Origin: Sulfurospirillaceae bacterium
GTDB lineage: Bacteria > Campylobacterota > Campylobacteria > Campylobacterales > Sulfurospirillaceae
NCBI GenBank assembly: GCA_028693565.1
Contig: JAQUVE010000001.1
Location: 10,905-74,904 of the forward strand
Reading direction: 5' to 3'
DNA length: 64,000 nucleotides
Of the stretch, positions 9,840 to 21,202 are shown in pieces (the first letter of the stretch is position 1; each line of letters opens with the position of its first letter). The position numbers and the translations under genes are program-made. The notes under the pieces are model-generated. The model was not told where the DNA came from. It ran no database searches and worked only from the letters and a program-made list of their open reading frames with translations.

Positions 9840-10391
9840 TTAATTCAAATCACCATCTTTCCAGTATTTGGTTCCTTGTATAGTCGCTTGAAGAGCTAAA
9901 CCATTTTTGGTAAGTTTATAGAGCTTCATACCAGGTTGTACGGTAATCGCACCTTCTGCTGAACCACCTTTTTTGTCTGATTTTGCGGCCGCATCTGCTT
10001 GTGCATTAGCCTCCCAGCCACTATTTACAAATGATTCAAGGACTTCTTTATTATCAAAAACGAAAATAGCTCTAAAATCTTTGACGCCAAGACCAATACC
10101 GATACCTCCAGAAGCCATCTTCATATATGTTTTTTTACCAGTCTTGTTATTAACGGCTAGGCCACTTCCACCTTCAGCAGAAAAGAAGATAACATTGACA
10201 CCAATATTGCTAAATGTGGCATACCCATAAGCTTGTTTTATTGCACTCGCGGAGCCTGGATACGCTTTGTAGAGCATTTTTAATGTCTCTTGACTATCAC
10301 TATTAATTGCCTTTTTTTGCTCTGCAACCGATTCAGCATATGACAAAGTAGTGCACAGGAAGACTAACAGTAAAATTTTGATAATTTTCAT
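9840..10391 (-). CDS. Secreted Ysc84/SYLF-family lipid-binding protein
   Basis: Signal peptide, then GYATF, GGSGLAV, MASGGIGIGLG and GLALQATIQGTKYWKD motifs typical of bacterial SYLF proteins. Confidence 0.75.
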   Translation of the reverse strand: MKIIKILLLVFLCTTLSYAESVAEQKKAINSDSQETLKMLYKAYPGSASAIKQAYGYATFSNIGVNVIFFSAEGGSGLAVNNKTGKKTYMKMASGGIGIGLGVKDFRAIFVFDNKEVLESFVNSGWEANAQADAAAKSDKKGGSAEGAITVQPGMKLYKLTKNGLALQATIQGTKYWKDGDLN

Positions 10392-10463
10392 TATTTCTCC
10401 TTTTAACGTTTATCCTATTTCATCTTTAATACATTACGATGAAAAGCCTTATCTAAACCTTAA

Positions 10464-11093
10464 CTACTCTTCCATCGCCATCATCAAAAAACCCGTAAAA
10501 GCGGCATTATCATCATGGCTTATTTTTTGACTGGTTTTTGCTTTCATATTTTCTAAAACTTTTGTGTATGCCACGTAAAATTCATAACTTGGTCGTGGTT
10601 TGTAAACTAAACCTTCTATTTCAAAAAAAGTGATGATATCTTTCGTTGTCGTAGGCTTGATAAAAAACTCTTTATCTCTGTAGAAATAATAAGGAATGAG
10701 CGTTACAATCGACCACTTTGCCAATGTATAATAAGAGAGTATCTCGACCACAATTTCAAATCCCTCTTTTTTATCGCCATAAAGCATTTCATACAAGCCG
10801 ATACAAAACATATCTCTTCGCTCCATGCGCATCTCTTTCATCATGTCCCTTACTTTTGGTTTTTCAAAGAGCGACACTAAGGTTGATTTGGAGACGATTT
10901 TGGCAAAATTTTCACAGATGAGCTCTGGTTGAGTGAAGTTCTCTTTGGCAAACATCTCTTGGGCTTGTTCACCTATTTTTGCAGTGTTGTGTTTTTTAAT
11001 GATGGGTAAAAGCCCCACATCTTCAAATCCTTTTGGATAAAGCTCTAAAAAATAGGCTTCAGCATCTTTTAGTTTTTGGAAGTTCATGAGCAT
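10464..11093 (-). CDS. Conserved hypothetical protein
   Basis: 209-aa ORF, coupled to the upstream GNAT by a TAATG overlap. I recognise no family. Confidence 0.75.
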   Translation of the reverse strand: MLMNFQKLKDAEAYFLELYPKGFEDVGLLPIIKKHNTAKIGEQAQEMFAKENFTQPELICENFAKIVSKSTLVSLFEKPKVRDMMKEMRMERRDMFCIGLYEMLYGDKKEGFEIVVEILSYYTLAKWSIVTLIPYYFYRDKEFFIKPTTTKDIITFFEIEGLVYKPRPSYEFYVAYTKVLENMKAKTSQKISHDDNAAFTGFLMMAMEE

Positions 11094-11536
11094 TACTCTC
11101 CTATTTTGATCTCACTGACCAAACCCAAATCAAGCACTGATTGGCGATTTTTAAAGATTGCCATCGCTGTGTTCATTTTATCAAAACCCAATTTTACATA
11201 AAATAGCTCTTTTCCCATACTCGCAAATAAAATGATTTTGTTGTGCTCTTTGGAAAATTCAACCAACTTGGTGACGATTTGTTTACCAATGCCTTGTTTT
11301 TGATACTGAGGATGAATGGCAACATCTGCGATGTAGGAGACATCAATCCCATCGGATAAAGCACGCCCAACCCCTATAATTTTCTCCCCATCATACACAA
11401 AACATTGGTACCTGCTATTTGAAAAAACCACTTTCAAATCTTCGGCTTTTTTATCGCCTAGTGGAGCAATTTTGTAAAGCTCACTGAGCGCTTCCCAATC
11501 GACACCTAAAGAATCATATTGCCATCGTAAGCTCAC
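11093..11536 (-). CDS. GNAT family N-acetyltransferase
   Basis: IIGVGRALSDG, IADVAIHPQYQKQGIG (acetyl-CoA motif A) and FYVKLGF. Confidence 0.92.
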   Translation of the reverse strand: MSLRWQYDSLGVDWEALSELYKIAPLGDKKAEDLKVVFSNSRYQCFVYDGEKIIGVGRALSDGIDVSYIADVAIHPQYQKQGIGKQIVTKLVEFSKEHNKIILFASMGKELFYVKLGFDKMNTAMAIFKNRQSVLDLGLVSEIKIGE

Positions 11537-11551
11537 TGTTTACTCCTCAAA

Positions 11552-12121
11552 TTATCTGTTTTGCACTCTTTTTGACGTATCATAGACGAGCTCATAATAA
11601 TGATTGCTATTGAACTCAAATTCTTGGATGACGTCAAGTCCTAGTTTTCGTGTATGCGCTGCGTACGATCGGTGGTTGATTTTATTGATAAAAGTTACGA
11701 GTATTGGGTATCTTTTTGACATATGCTCTAACGCAAAATCAAACAATTTTTCCAAGAGACCACTACTTCTCACACTTTTATCAATACATACAGGGCCGTA
11801 TTGATAAGAATTGTCGATGGTAATATTCTGACTAAGATACGTCAACTTGGGTAAATCTTGAATCATCAATGCAAATATGGGCCACTCAGACCAAAACTGC
11901 CATGAAGCCGACATCACATAGCCTATCACTTCGCCTTTCTTTACGGCAATAAAAATACCTTGTTCTTGCTCTATGATATCTTTTAATTGCTCTTTGGTGA
12001 ACGCAGTCGTTACAAAACCGTCTTTTTTATCGTCTTCACTAATATGCGCTATTTGATACTTATTATGGAGTTTTAAAATACTATCGATATCGGTAATGTC
12101 TGCTACTTTTAATTGCATCAT
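11552..12121 (-). CDS. GNAT family N-acetyltransferase
   Basis: YQYGPVCIDKSVRSSG and INHRSYAAHTRKLG motifs. RBS spacing (AAAGGA) favours ATG at 12121 over 12127. Confidence 0.8.
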   Translation of the reverse strand: MMQLKVADITDIDSILKLHNKYQIAHISEDDKKDGFVTTAFTKEQLKDIIEQEQGIFIAVKKGEVIGYVMSASWQFWSEWPIFALMIQDLPKLTYLSQNITIDNSYQYGPVCIDKSVRSSGLLEKLFDFALEHMSKRYPILVTFINKINHRSYAAHTRKLGLDVIQEFEFNSNHYYELVYDTSKRVQNR

Positions 12122-12144
12122 GCACATCCTTTTTTGTTTCAGAA

Positions 12145-12187
12145 ATTATAGTACTTCTCAAAAATCGTGTCATTAACTTAGGTTAAT
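12145..12187 (-). promoter_or_regulatory. Sigma70 promoter (ATGACA-17bp-TATAAT) with overlapping Crp/Fnr-type palindrome ATTAAC-N4-GTTAAT
   Basis: -10 at 12150-12145, -35 at 12173-12168, palindrome at 12172-12187, centred at -41.5 from an inferred TSS near 12138. Confidence 0.75.
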
Positions 12188-12774
12188 TTCATCTTTTTTC
12201 GGATACGAGACAAAGCAACTTCTGTTATTCCTAAATACGATGCGATATGGTAATTAGGTACAACATGCGATATCATCGAATACTCATTTAAAAACTTTTC
12301 ATACCTCTGAGTAGCATTTAAAAGTAAAAAATCCGCTTCACGCCGCTCTTTTTTAACAATCAAATTTTCAAAAATTCGTAAGTGCAATCTGTTCCACTCT
12401 GAATACTGTAGCCCCAAAGATAAGAAGTCTTGATAAGAGATATACAACGTTGTAAAGTCTGAGAGTATCTCCACACTAAAAGGTGAGGGTTCACCTTTAG
12501 ACACGGAAACGATACTGCTTAAAAGATGCCCTGATTTTTCTGCAAAAGATTTATTGAACTCTTTACCATTTTCTGTAAGATAATAATATCGAGCCAGCCC
12601 TAAAATGAGAAAATAAAAATCCTCAACTTTATCTCCAACACAAAAAAGATGTTCACCTGGCTTTAAATCTTTTGTTTTAAAGTAAGGTTTGGCTTTCTCC
12701 CATACTTCTTGTGGAAGTGGCGATATCGCATTGAGGATAGGATACAAAACATCACACTGTCCTTCTTTATTCAT
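12178..12774 (-). CDS. Crp/Fnr family transcriptional regulator
   Basis: cNMP-binding-like domain (HLFCVGDKVEDFYFLILGLARYYY) and C-terminal HTH (HIASYLGITEVALSRIR). Confidence 0.92.
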   Translation of the reverse strand: MNKEGQCDVLYPILNAISPLPQEVWEKAKPYFKTKDLKPGEHLFCVGDKVEDFYFLILGLARYYYLTENGKEFNKSFAEKSGHLLSSIVSVSKGEPSPFSVEILSDFTTLYISYQDFLSLGLQYSEWNRLHLRIFENLIVKKERREADFLLLNATQRYEKFLNEYSMISHVVPNYHIASYLGITEVALSRIRKKMKLT

Positions 12775-12801
12775 ATCTTGGTCTTTTAATGACTTAAACA
12801 G

Positions 12802-13134
12802 TTAGATTTTTTTCACAAACTCAGATTTGAGGCCCATTTGACCAAAACCTTCAATCTTACAGTCAATATCATGATCACCTTCCACTAAACGGATATTTTT
12901 GACTTTTGTACCAACTTTGACAACATTGGAAGAGCCTTTAACTTTTAAATCCTTGATGACGGTTACACTATCGCCATCTTTAAGCTCATTGCCATGAGCA
13001 TCTCGAATGATTTTAGCAACTGCCTCATTGGCATCTTTGCTCCACTCATGAGCACATTCGGGACAGATGTAAAACGCTCCATCTTCATACGTATATTCAC
13101 ATTCACATTTTGGGCACTTTGGTAAATTTTCCAT
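12802..13134 (-). CDS. Zinc-ribbon YjdM/'PhnA' family protein
   Basis: [21 protein letters not shown] and [23 protein letters not shown] motifs. Confidence 0.92.
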   Translation of the reverse strand: MENLPKCPKCECEYTYEDGAFYICPECAHEWSKDANEAVAKIIRDAHGNELKDGDSVTVIKDLKVKGSSNVVKVGTKVKNIRLVEGDHDIDCKIEGFGQMGLKSEFVKKI

Positions 13135-13153
13135 TATTTTTCCTTTTAAATTT

Positions 13154-13597
13154 TTATCGTAATTTTTTCATTTTAGACTTACCTAGTCTAATAATGGTTG
13201 ATGGCGATGACTCAAAAAAGCCTTTACTCGTAAACAGTATCGCATCAACATTAGCTACTGCAAAGTCTTCATCAAATTCTTTTCCACTCAGATTAGATGA
13301 GGTTGAATAACTCCATCTGATTTTATGTAAAAATGCTAAATGCTCTTTATCTTTAACCACACGAATGGCTAAACCACATGGATATACAAATGTCGTTTTC
13401 GAAGCTCTACGAACTTTATTGCGATGCTTTTGTGGCACCCTCGTAAATGCACTCAGTGTCCTTAGTGAGTCGACACTCAACAAAAAAGGCTTACTTGCTG
13501 GGCGCTGTTTAAGAGACGCTAATGCTTGAGTGTTTTGAGAGAGAAACCCAGCGGTTGTATCTGTTTGTGCAAGATAAACAAATGCTGGGTTCATCAC
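13154..13597 (-). CDS. Short Sua5/YrdC (TsaC-like) threonylcarbamoyl-AMP synthase
   Basis: [25 protein letters not shown] and PSTII correspond to YrdC motifs. Confidence 0.7.
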   Translation of the reverse strand: MMNPAFVYLAQTDTTAGFLSQNTQALASLKQRPASKPFLLSVDSLRTLSAFTRVPQKHRNKVRRASKTTFVYPCGLAIRVVKDKEHLAFLHKIRWSYSTSSNLSGKEFDEDFAVANVDAILFTSKGFFESSPSTIIRLGKSKMKKLR

Positions 13598-13598
13598 G

Positions 13599-16500
13599 TT
13601 AGTTTAGATAATCTTGAAGTGCACGTGGCTCAAGTGCGCTCTTATCTTGGATGTATTCTATCGATGTTGCAGCAGCGGCAGCAGCAGCTACTGTTGTAAA
13701 ATAAGGGATATGGAAGCGTAAAACGGCTTGGCGAATTTTCTTTGCATCATCTTTACTTGATTTTGCATCGCTGGTATTGATGACCAGTGCGATATCACCA
13801 TTTTTGAGTTTATCTTCGATGTTTGGGCGACCTTCAGAAATTTTGTAAACAAATTCCGCATTCACACCTGCCTCTTGCAATGCTTTGTGTGTGCCCCCTG
13901 TTGCGACAACTTTAAACCCTAGCTTTTCAAATTTACTACCGATTTCTTTAGCAAAACTTTTATCAATGTCAACCAACGAGATAAAAACCATACCACTTTT
14001 TGGAAGCACGTTTGATGATGCGATTTGGCTTTTGGCAAAAGAGGCAGGGAAGTTTCTACTGATACCCATAACTTCACCCGTTGATTTCATCTCAGGTCCC
14101 AAGATTAAATCCGCACCTTGCAATTTGTTAAAAGGAAATACTGCTTCTTTGACAGCAACATGATCAAACTTTTTAGGTTTTAAGATACCATTACCTTCGC
14201 GTACTACATCAAATTTATCATAAAAACTAAGCGCTTCTCTTAGGTTGCCTTGGTACATGACACGCGTAGCAACTTTTGCCATCGGAATACCTGTCGCTTT
14301 ACTCACGAATGGTACAGTACGACTAGCGCGAGGATTCACTTCGATCATGTACACATCATCTTGATAAATCGCATATTGGATATTCATCAAACCAACAACA
14401 CCTAAATTTAAAGCAATTTGTTTTGTTTGAGATTCGATTTTGCTCAAAATCGCATCACTTAAAGAGATAGAAGGAAGGGAGCAAGCGCTATCACCACTGT
14501 GAATACCCGCTTCTTCAATATGTTGCATAATACCGCCCACATAAACTTCTTTACCATCACAAATCGCATCTACATCCACTTCAATGGCTCTGTCTAAAAA
14601 CTGGTCGATGAGTACAGGTGAATTGTGACTAACACTAACAGCTTCATTCATGTAAGTGCGTAGTTCGCTCTCATTATAAACGATGCGCATCGCACGTCCA
14701 CCAAGCACATAACTTGGGCGTACAAGAACGGGATAGCCGATCTCTTTGGCTTTTTCTATGGCTTCCTCTTCGCTCGTGGCTGTCGCATTGTTGGGTTGTT
14801 TGATATTATTATCTTGAATAAACTTTGAAAATTTTTCTCTATCTTCTGCCATATCAATAACACGCGCTGTTGTACCGATGATTTTTGCACCAATAACCGT
14901 TAGTCTTTTCGCTAACTTAAGCGGCGTTTGTCCGCCAAAATGAACAATAATTCCATCAGGGTTCTCTTTTTCAACGACACTTCTAACATGTTCAAAATCA
15001 ATCGGTTCAAAATACAAAATATCACTCGTATCATAATCCGTTGAAACGGTTTCAGGATTACAGTTATACATAATGGTTTTAATACCCATATCATTCAGTG
15101 CATACGCTGCATGGACACAACAATAGTCAAATTCAATCCCTTGACCAATACGATTTGGTCCACCGCCGATAATCATCACTTTTTTATCATGGTTCTTTTC
15201 TGCTTTAACCATAGGAAGTTTAGTGATATTGGTCGTCGAATAAAGATAGGGTGTAAGTGCTTTAAACTCAGCCGCACATGTATCCACTTCATTATATTCA
15301 AAGTCAATACCTAATTTGGTACGTGCAAAATAGATATCGTTTTGCGTTAACTCTAAGTTATCTTGTTTGTTAATCAGCTTTGCAATCATCTTGTCAGAAA
15401 AGCCTTGCGTCTTAGCTGAGCGCAAAAGTGCTTCATCATTGAGAATAAACATATCAATTTTTTGTTCAAAATCCACAATCTCTTTGATTTGATTTAAAAA
15501 CCATGGATCAATTTTGCACAGATTGAAGACATCTTCTACACTGTAACCTCTTCTAAATGCTTCTGCAAGATAGAGGTGTCGATCACAATTAGGGCGTCTA
15601 ATCTCATTTTTAAGTTTCTCATCTTCCGCTTTAATAGGCTCAAAACCACTTAAATTTGTTTCAAGTGAGCACAATGCTTTTTGGAATGACTCTTTAAATG
15701 TCCTTCCAATTGCCATCACCTCACCCACACTCTTCATGGATGTAGTCAGGGTAGAATCTGCCATAGGAAATTTTTCAAAGGTAAAACGAGGAATTTTTGT
15801 CACAATATAATCAATAACAGGCTCAAAACTTGCCGCTGTTCCAGTGATATCATTTTGAATTTCATCCAAAGTAAAACCAACTGCAAGCAACGTTGCAACT
15901 TTTGCAATCGGATAACCTGTTGCTTTTGAAGCAAGCGCTGAACTACGACTTACACGAGGATTCATCTCAATAACAGTCATACGCCCTGTTTGTGGACAGA
16001 TAGAAAACTGTACATTACTACCACCCGTATCCACACCAATTTCTCGTAAAATCGCAAACGAGGCGTTGCGCATGCGTTGATATTCTTTATCAGTTAATGT
16101 AAGCGCTGGTGCGATTGTGATACTATCTCCTGTATGTACACCCATCGGGTCAAAATTTTCAATGGAACAAACAATGATACAGTTATCGGCACTATCACGA
16201 ATAACTTCCATCTCATACTCTTTCCAACCTAGCAGAGATTCTTCAATTAAAATTTCATTAATAGGGCTGGCATCTAGACCTGCTGAAGCGAGTTCTTTAA
16301 ATTCATCTATATTATAAGCGACACCACTACCACCACCTGCTAAGGTATACGAAGCTCGGATAATCAACGGAAATCCTATCTTTTCAGCCGCAGCAAATGC
16401 TTCTTCAAGATTATACGCATACGCACTTATTGGCAAATCCATCCCTATTTTGATCATGGCTTCTTTAAAAGCTTGTCTATCTTCGCCCTTTTTAATAGCT

Positions 16501-16856
16501 TCAGGATTAGCACCTAAAAATTTTATGCCTTCTAACATTCCTTGCTCATGCATTTTCATAGCAGCATTTAGAGCGGTTTGCCCACCCATTGTTGGTAATA
16601 TGGCATCAACGCCCTCTTTTTCAATAATGCGCGCAATCACTTCAGGCGTAATAGGTTCAACATAAGTACGATCAGCAAATTCTGGGTCTGTCATAATCGT
16701 AGCAGGGTTAGAGTTTACGAGAACTACTCTGTACCCTAATTCTTTTAATGTTTTAGCTGCTTGTGTTCCTGAATAGTCAAATTCGCATGCTTGGCCTATG
16801 ATAATAGGGCCTGAGCCGATTAATAGTATGGTTTTAATGTCTTGACGTTTTGGCAT
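13599..16856 (-). CDS. carB: Carbamoyl-phosphate synthase large subunit
   Basis: [30 protein letters not shown] start, two ATP-grasp repeats and an MGS domain. Start trimmed to 16856. Confidence 0.98.
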   Translation of the reverse strand: MPKRQDIKTILLIGSGPIIIGQACEFDYSGTQAAKTLKELGYRVVLVNSNPATIMTDPEFADRTYVEPITPEVIARIIEKEGVDAILPTMGGQTALNAAMKMHEQGMLEGIKFLGANPEAIKKGEDRQAFKEAMIKIGMDLPISAYAYNLEEAFAAAEKIGFPLIIRASYTLAGGGSGVAYNIDEFKELASAGLDASPINEILIEESLLGWKEYEMEVIRDSADNCIIVCSIENFDPMGVHTGDSITIAPALTLTDKEYQRMRNASFAILREIGVDTGGSNVQFSICPQTGRMTVIEMNPRVSRSSALASKATGYPIAKVATLLAVGFTLDEIQNDITGTAASFEPVIDYIVTKIPRFTFEKFPMADSTLTTSMKSVGEVMAIGRTFKESFQKALCSLETNLSGFEPIKAEDEKLKNEIRRPNCDRHLYLAEAFRRGYSVEDVFNLCKIDPWFLNQIKEIVDFEQKIDMFILNDEALLRSAKTQGFSDKMIAKLINKQDNLELTQNDIYFARTKLGIDFEYNEVDTCAAEFKALTPYLYSTTNITKLPMVKAEKNHDKKVMIIGGGPNRIGQGIEFDYCCVHAAYALNDMGIKTIMYNCNPETVSTDYDTSDILYFEPIDFEHVRSVVEKENPDGIIVHFGGQTPLKLAKRLTVIGAKIIGTTARVIDMAEDREKFSKFIQDNNIKQPNNATATSEEEAIEKAKEIGYPVLVRPSYVLGGRAMRIVYNESELRTYMNEAVSVSHNSPVLIDQFLDRAIEVDVDAICDGKEVYVGGIMQHIEEAGIHSGDSACSLPSISLSDAILSKIESQTKQIALNLGVVGLMNIQYAIYQDDVYMIEVNPRASRTVPFVSKATGIPMAKVATRVMYQGNLREALSFYDKFDVVREGNGILKPKKFDHVAVKEAVFPFNKLQGADLILGPEMKSTGEVMGISRNFPASFAKSQIASSNVLPKSGMVFISLVDIDKSFAKEIGSKFEKLGFKVVATGGTHKALQEAGVNAEFVYKISEGRPNIEDKLKNGDIALVINTSDAKSSKDDAKKIRQAVLRFHIPYFTTVAAAAAAATSIEYIQDKSALEPRALQDYLN

Positions 16857-16921
16857 CTCTTTCCTTTGAGCTTCTCTATAGTATTCAATCCAAGATCTTT
16901 TAGATATTGGATTCAACACTA

Positions 16922-17671
16922 TTACGGGTTTAAAATAATATGCATATATGAAGGAATACTAGGTGTCACATAAGGTTTCAATACTACTGTTTTTGACGAT
17001 TCTTCTTCAATCACTTCACTAACGACGCCTACTTTAATTCCCTCAAAAAATATTCCATCTAAGCCACTTGTCACCACTTCATCACCCACTTGAGGGAGTA
17101 GCCACTGCGAAATATACTTAACCAGCACCTCTTTGCGATTTCCTTGTGCAATTCCTGGCATTTTTTGGGCACCTATTGAAACTGAAAAAATAGATTTTGG
17201 GTCACTCAACATCAACCCCTGAGGATGTCCATCACTTTCAACAACAATACCTGCGGCATATCCTTGGTGCAGTAATCCATAAATTTTACTTTGATTAAAA
17301 TCTTCAAATTCAATCCACACTTTGCCATAATCATTGAGATTTGAATACCCAATAGTTTTAACAAGTTTTAGCTCTGGTGAATAAGCTGTACTATTATTTT
17401 CCTTCAATAAAGCGTTCAATTTACTTGCAAAAGCGATTGAAAGAATGGCTGATGCTTGCATCTTTTGATTTTCGGCTCGCAAACGAATAATTTCTTCTTT
17501 TTGCTCAAAATGTTCATCAATTTTGTTTTCTAAATTCATCTTTATGTCAACATAGGTGGCCAAAACTTTATTATTGAGCCCACCTATGAAGTGCCTTGCT
17601 TCTGTTCCAAAACGCAATGAAACAAAAATAAAAAGCGCTAGTAATAAAACGATTTTAAATTTACTATTCAT
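16922..17671 (-). CDS. mreC: Rod shape-determining protein MreC
   Basis: N-terminal TM, coiled coil and [21 protein letters not shown] motif. Downstream of mreB. Confidence 0.92.
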   Translation of the reverse strand: MNSKFKIVLLLALFIFVSLRFGTEARHFIGGLNNKVLATYVDIKMNLENKIDEHFEQKEEIIRLRAENQKMQASAILSIAFASKLNALLKENNSTAYSPELKLVKTIGYSNLNDYGKVWIEFEDFNQSKIYGLLHQGYAAGIVVESDGHPQGLMLSDPKSIFSVSIGAQKMPGIAQGNRKEVLVKYISQWLLPQVGDEVVTSGLDGIFFEGIKVGVVSEVIEEESSKTVVLKPYVTPSIPSYMHIILNP

Positions 17672-18698
17672 TCGACAATTGTTGGAGTAAATCTATCTCT
17701 TCAAGTGCTTTACCTGTTCCTTTAGCAACAGCCAACAATGGCTCGTCCGCCACAAAAACGGGTAATTTAACGATATCTGATAAATATTTATCAAATCCAC
17801 GAATTAAGGCACCCCCACCTGTTAAAACAATTCCATTTTCAACAATATCCCCTGCTAGATCAGGAGGCATCACTTCTAAAACATCTTTAAGTGCATCTGC
17901 AATCTCTTTCAGTGGCTCTTTAATAGCGTCTCTAACATCTTCACTACTAAGCTCAATTCGACTCAAAAGTCCACTCACTTGATCGCGCCCTTTAACCATC
18001 ATTAAAAGAGGTTCATCGATTGGGACAGCTGTTCCAATCGCTATTTTAATCTCTTCACCCGTTCGCTCACCAATTAAAAGGTTATATTTCTTCTTAACAT
18101 AATCTACAATAGCCATATCAATTTTATCACCGGCAACACGAATAGATTTGCTTATAACCAAACCACCTAGGGAAACAACACCTATTTCAGTCGTACCACC
18201 ACCAATGTCAACCACAAAACTTCCTTGCGGTTCACGAATTGGAAGACCTGCTCCAATAGCTGCTGCCATTGGCTCTTCAATTAAAAATACTTGGCGAGCC
18301 CCTGCACTCATGGCAGATTCACGTACTGCTTTGCGTTCTACTTGTGTTAAACCATATGGCACACAAATAATAATACGTGGGCGCAAAAAACTTTTTCTTC
18401 GGTGCGCTTTTTCAATAAAATAACGGATCATCTTTTCGGTCATATCAAAATCAGCGATAACTCCATCTCGCATTGGACGAATCGCTTCAATATCACCAGG
18501 TGTTTTACCCACCATATTTTTAGCCTCTTTTCCTACGGCTAAGATATTCTGCTTGCCATAACGATTACGTTGAACCGCTACCACTGAAGGCTCATTGATA
18601 ATAATCCCTTTGCCTTTGACAAGAACCAGGGTGTTGGCTGTTCCGAGGTCAATACTCATATCACTCGAAAAAAATCCAATTAGTTTGTCTAAAATCAT
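17664..18698 (-). CDS. mreB: Rod shape-determining protein MreB
   Basis: [26 protein letters not shown] and LTGGGAL actin-like motifs. Confidence 0.98.
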   Translation of the reverse strand: MILDKLIGFFSSDMSIDLGTANTLVLVKGKGIIINEPSVVAVQRNRYGKQNILAVGKEAKNMVGKTPGDIEAIRPMRDGVIADFDMTEKMIRYFIEKAHRRKSFLRPRIIICVPYGLTQVERKAVRESAMSAGARQVFLIEEPMAAAIGAGLPIREPQGSFVVDIGGGTTEIGVVSLGGLVISKSIRVAGDKIDMAIVDYVKKKYNLLIGERTGEEIKIAIGTAVPIDEPLLMMVKGRDQVSGLLSRIELSSEDVRDAIKEPLKEIADALKDVLEVMPPDLAGDIVENGIVLTGGGALIRGFDKYLSDIVKLPVFVADEPLLAVAKGTGKALEEIDLLQQLSNE

Positions 18699-18712
18699 CT
18701 CACTACCCTTTT

Positions 18713-19939
18713 TTAAGCACTTTTTTTATTTTTTTTAATATACAATGGTTTTTCACCATAATTAATCACATCTTTAGTGATTACAACTTCATAACCCGCA
18801 AGTTCTGGTAATTCATACATTATATCAACCATTACATCTTCCATAATGGTGCGTAGTCCTCGAGCACCCGTTTTACGTTTTATAGCAAGTTCTGCTACTG
18901 CGTCCAACGCTTCTTTTTCAAAAGAAAGCTCGACTTCATCAATTGCAAATAGCTTTTTATATTGTTTATAAATAGCATTTTTTGGCTCTGTTAAAATTCT
19001 AACCATATCATCTTTGGTGATTTGCGCTAATGTAGCCGTCACATGTAAACGCCCAATGAGTTCAGGAATCAACCCATAGTGTACTAAATCATCAGGCTCT
19101 GCTAAAGAAAACATATCCGCTTCTTGTGCTTTTGTGCGTTTTTCTTGTTCAAAACCTAATACATTTTTCCCAATACGGCGTTTTATGATCTCTTCCAAGC
19201 CATCAAAAGCACCCGCACAAACAAATAATATATTGGTTGTATCAATCTGAATAAAATCTTGATTAGGATGCTTACGCCCCCCTTTTGGAGGAATATTGAC
19301 AATACTTCCTTCGATGATTTTAAGTAGTGCTTGCTGTACGCCTTCGCCCGAAACATCACGTGTGATGGAACGATTTTCACTCATACGCGCAATTTTGTCA
19401 ATCTCGTCGATAAAAACAATCCCTTGTTCAGCTTTTTTAATATCACCATTAGCTGATTGAAGTAGTTTGGTTAAAATATTTTCAACATCTTCACCAACAT
19501 ATCCAGCTTCAGTTAAGCTGGTTGCGTCTGAGATAGCAATGGGTACATCTAAAAAGCGTGCCAAAGTTTGTGCCATCAACGTTTTACCGCTACCTGTTGG
19601 TCCAATAAGTAAAATATTTGATTTTGAAATTTCTGTGTCGTCTTGAATCGTACTCTGTTTAAAAATACGTTTATAATGATTATACACACCCACTGAAAAG
19701 ATTTTCTTTGCTTGATCTTGCCCAATAACAAAATCATCTAACACTTTTTTTAATTCTTTGGGAGCTAAAAGTTCTTGACTAAATGCTTCAGTATCCACAG
19801 ATCCTTCTTGAACTTCACCAAAAAATATTTTATGAGCTGAGATAACACAATGCTCACAAATAAAAACATCTTCTCCTGCTATAAGCCTCGTGTCACTACT
19901 CTCTTTTGAGCCACAAAAACTGCACTCTCTATTCGTCAT
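18713..19939 (-). CDS. clpX: ATP-dependent Clp protease ATP-binding subunit ClpX
   Basis: CSFC..CEHC zinc finger, [16 protein letters not shown] and [14 protein letters not shown]. Confidence 0.98.
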   Translation of the reverse strand: MTNRECSFCGSKESSDTRLIAGEDVFICEHCVISAHKIFFGEVQEGSVDTEAFSQELLAPKELKKVLDDFVIGQDQAKKIFSVGVYNHYKRIFKQSTIQDDTEISKSNILLIGPTGSGKTLMAQTLARFLDVPIAISDATSLTEAGYVGEDVENILTKLLQSANGDIKKAEQGIVFIDEIDKIARMSENRSITRDVSGEGVQQALLKIIEGSIVNIPPKGGRKHPNQDFIQIDTTNILFVCAGAFDGLEEIIKRRIGKNVLGFEQEKRTKAQEADMFSLAEPDDLVHYGLIPELIGRLHVTATLAQITKDDMVRILTEPKNAIYKQYKKLFAIDEVELSFEKEALDAVAELAIKRKTGARGLRTIMEDVMVDIMYELPELAGYEVVITKDVINYGEKPLYIKKNKKSA

Positions 19940-20723
19940 TCATTTTCCTCTCGTATGGAATGCCTCTTTTGGAATCCATAATAAAATTGCATAATTGCAA
20001 TACTTTTTCATTTTTTTCACTCTGCAATAGTTGTGTTGCTGTCTCTTTAATCGCATTCTCACTTCTGAAAAGTACTCGATACGCTGCTTGAATTGCCAGA
20101 ATATCCTCTTTTTCAAAACGTCTTTTAAGTCCTACTTTGTTAAGTCCTCGAACAACGGCACGATTTCCCTCAGCAAGGCAAAAGTGTGGGATATCTTGAC
20201 TCACAGCACTTGCTCCACCAATCATAACACCCTCACCAATATGCACAAACTGATGAATCGGTGTCATACCTCCAATAACCGTAAATGAGCCTACATGAAC
20301 ATGCCCTGCCAATGTTGCATTGTTAGCCATAATGACATTATTTCCCACTTGGCAATCATGCGCAATATGGCAGTAAATCATTATGAAACAATTACTACCT
20401 ATCCTTGTAATACCACCGCCTTTTTGGGTACCAGCATTAATCGTTACAAATTCACGAATGGTGTTACCTCGTCCTATTTCCACACTAACATCATCCTCTT
20501 CTTTATAACCTATATCTTGGGGTGGTAGACCAATGATCGCATATGGATAGATTTTTGTATCTTCACCGATTTTCGTAGATCCATAGACCTGTGCACCTTG
20601 CATTACCTCCACACCACTTTTAAGGGTAGCTTTAGCTGAGATAAAAGCATATGGCCCAACAATAACATCATCTGCTAAATTAGCACCCTCTTCTACGATG
20701 GCTGTTGCATGAATACTTGGCAT
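19929..20723 (-). CDS. lpxA: UDP-N-acetylglucosamine acyltransferase
   Basis: Hexapeptide repeats, [17 protein letters not shown] and IHQFVHIG. Confidence 0.97.
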   Translation of the reverse strand: MPSIHATAIVEEGANLADDVIVGPYAFISAKATLKSGVEVMQGAQVYGSTKIGEDTKIYPYAIIGLPPQDIGYKEEDDVSVEIGRGNTIREFVTINAGTQKGGGITRIGSNCFIMIYCHIAHDCQVGNNVIMANNATLAGHVHVGSFTVIGGMTPIHQFVHIGEGVMIGGASAVSQDIPHFCLAEGNRAVVRGLNKVGLKRRFEKEDILAIQAAYRVLFRSENAIKETATQLLQSEKNEKVLQLCNFIMDSKRGIPYERKMNDE

Positions 20724-20724
20724 A

Positions 20725-21171
20725 TTATTTGTCCACTATCATAGCTTTAAGCTCTGCTTCGGCGACTAATTTGTCGTCAACATAGGCTTTTGCATCTAAT
20801 ACCCATATATTGCCACGGTGTTTTAAAACATTTAATTTATACACGAGTTTATCTCCTGGTTTAACGGGGTTTCTAAATTTTGCATTATCAATACTCATAA
20901 AATAAACTACTTTTTCTTTAGTATTTTCCTGCCCTTCTTCATCCATGCTTTTAAATGCCAAGACTCCACCGGCTTGTGCCATACCTTCAATAATCATAAC
21001 GCCAGGGTATATTGGATGCTCTGGAAAATGGCCTTGGAAAATTTGTTCACCTATTGTGACATTTTTGTATGCCTCAATTGATTCTCCGGGTACAAGAGTA
21101 ATTACCCTATCAATCAGTAAAAAAGGAAATCTGTGGGGAAGTATTTTTTGAATTTCTACAACATCTATCAT
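20725..21171 (-). CDS. fabZ: 3-hydroxyacyl-ACP dehydratase FabZ
   Basis: [12 protein letters not shown] and [22 protein letters not shown] motifs. Confidence 0.98.
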   Translation of the reverse strand: MIDVVEIQKILPHRFPFLLIDRVITLVPGESIEAYKNVTIGEQIFQGHFPEHPIYPGVMIIEGMAQAGGVLAFKSMDEEGQENTKEKVVYFMSIDNAKFRNPVKPGDKLVYKLNVLKHRGNIWVLDAKAYVDDKLVAEAELKAMIVDK

Positions 21172-21202
21172 ATTTAAAACCTTCTAACAAAATTCTAATA
21201 TT

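Noticed and set aside
11093-13134. Phosphonate utilisation pathway suggested by 'PhnA' next to GNATs (PhnO-like)
   Set aside because: YjdM/'PhnA' zinc-ribbon proteins are not the phosphonoacetate hydrolase, and there are no phn transport or C-P lyase genes in the window.
9812-13153. Genomic island or mobile element at the accessory block
   Set aside because: I saw no integrase, transposase, tRNA target or flanking direct repeat. Composition does not look visibly different, though it was not computed.
18720-18737. Homopolymer tracts (T7/T8 at the clpX 3' end, A8 at 170-177) as phase-variation sites
   Set aside because: Short A/T runs are expected at this composition. I noticed no poly-G/C tract of 8 or more, the type typical of Campylobacter contingency loci.
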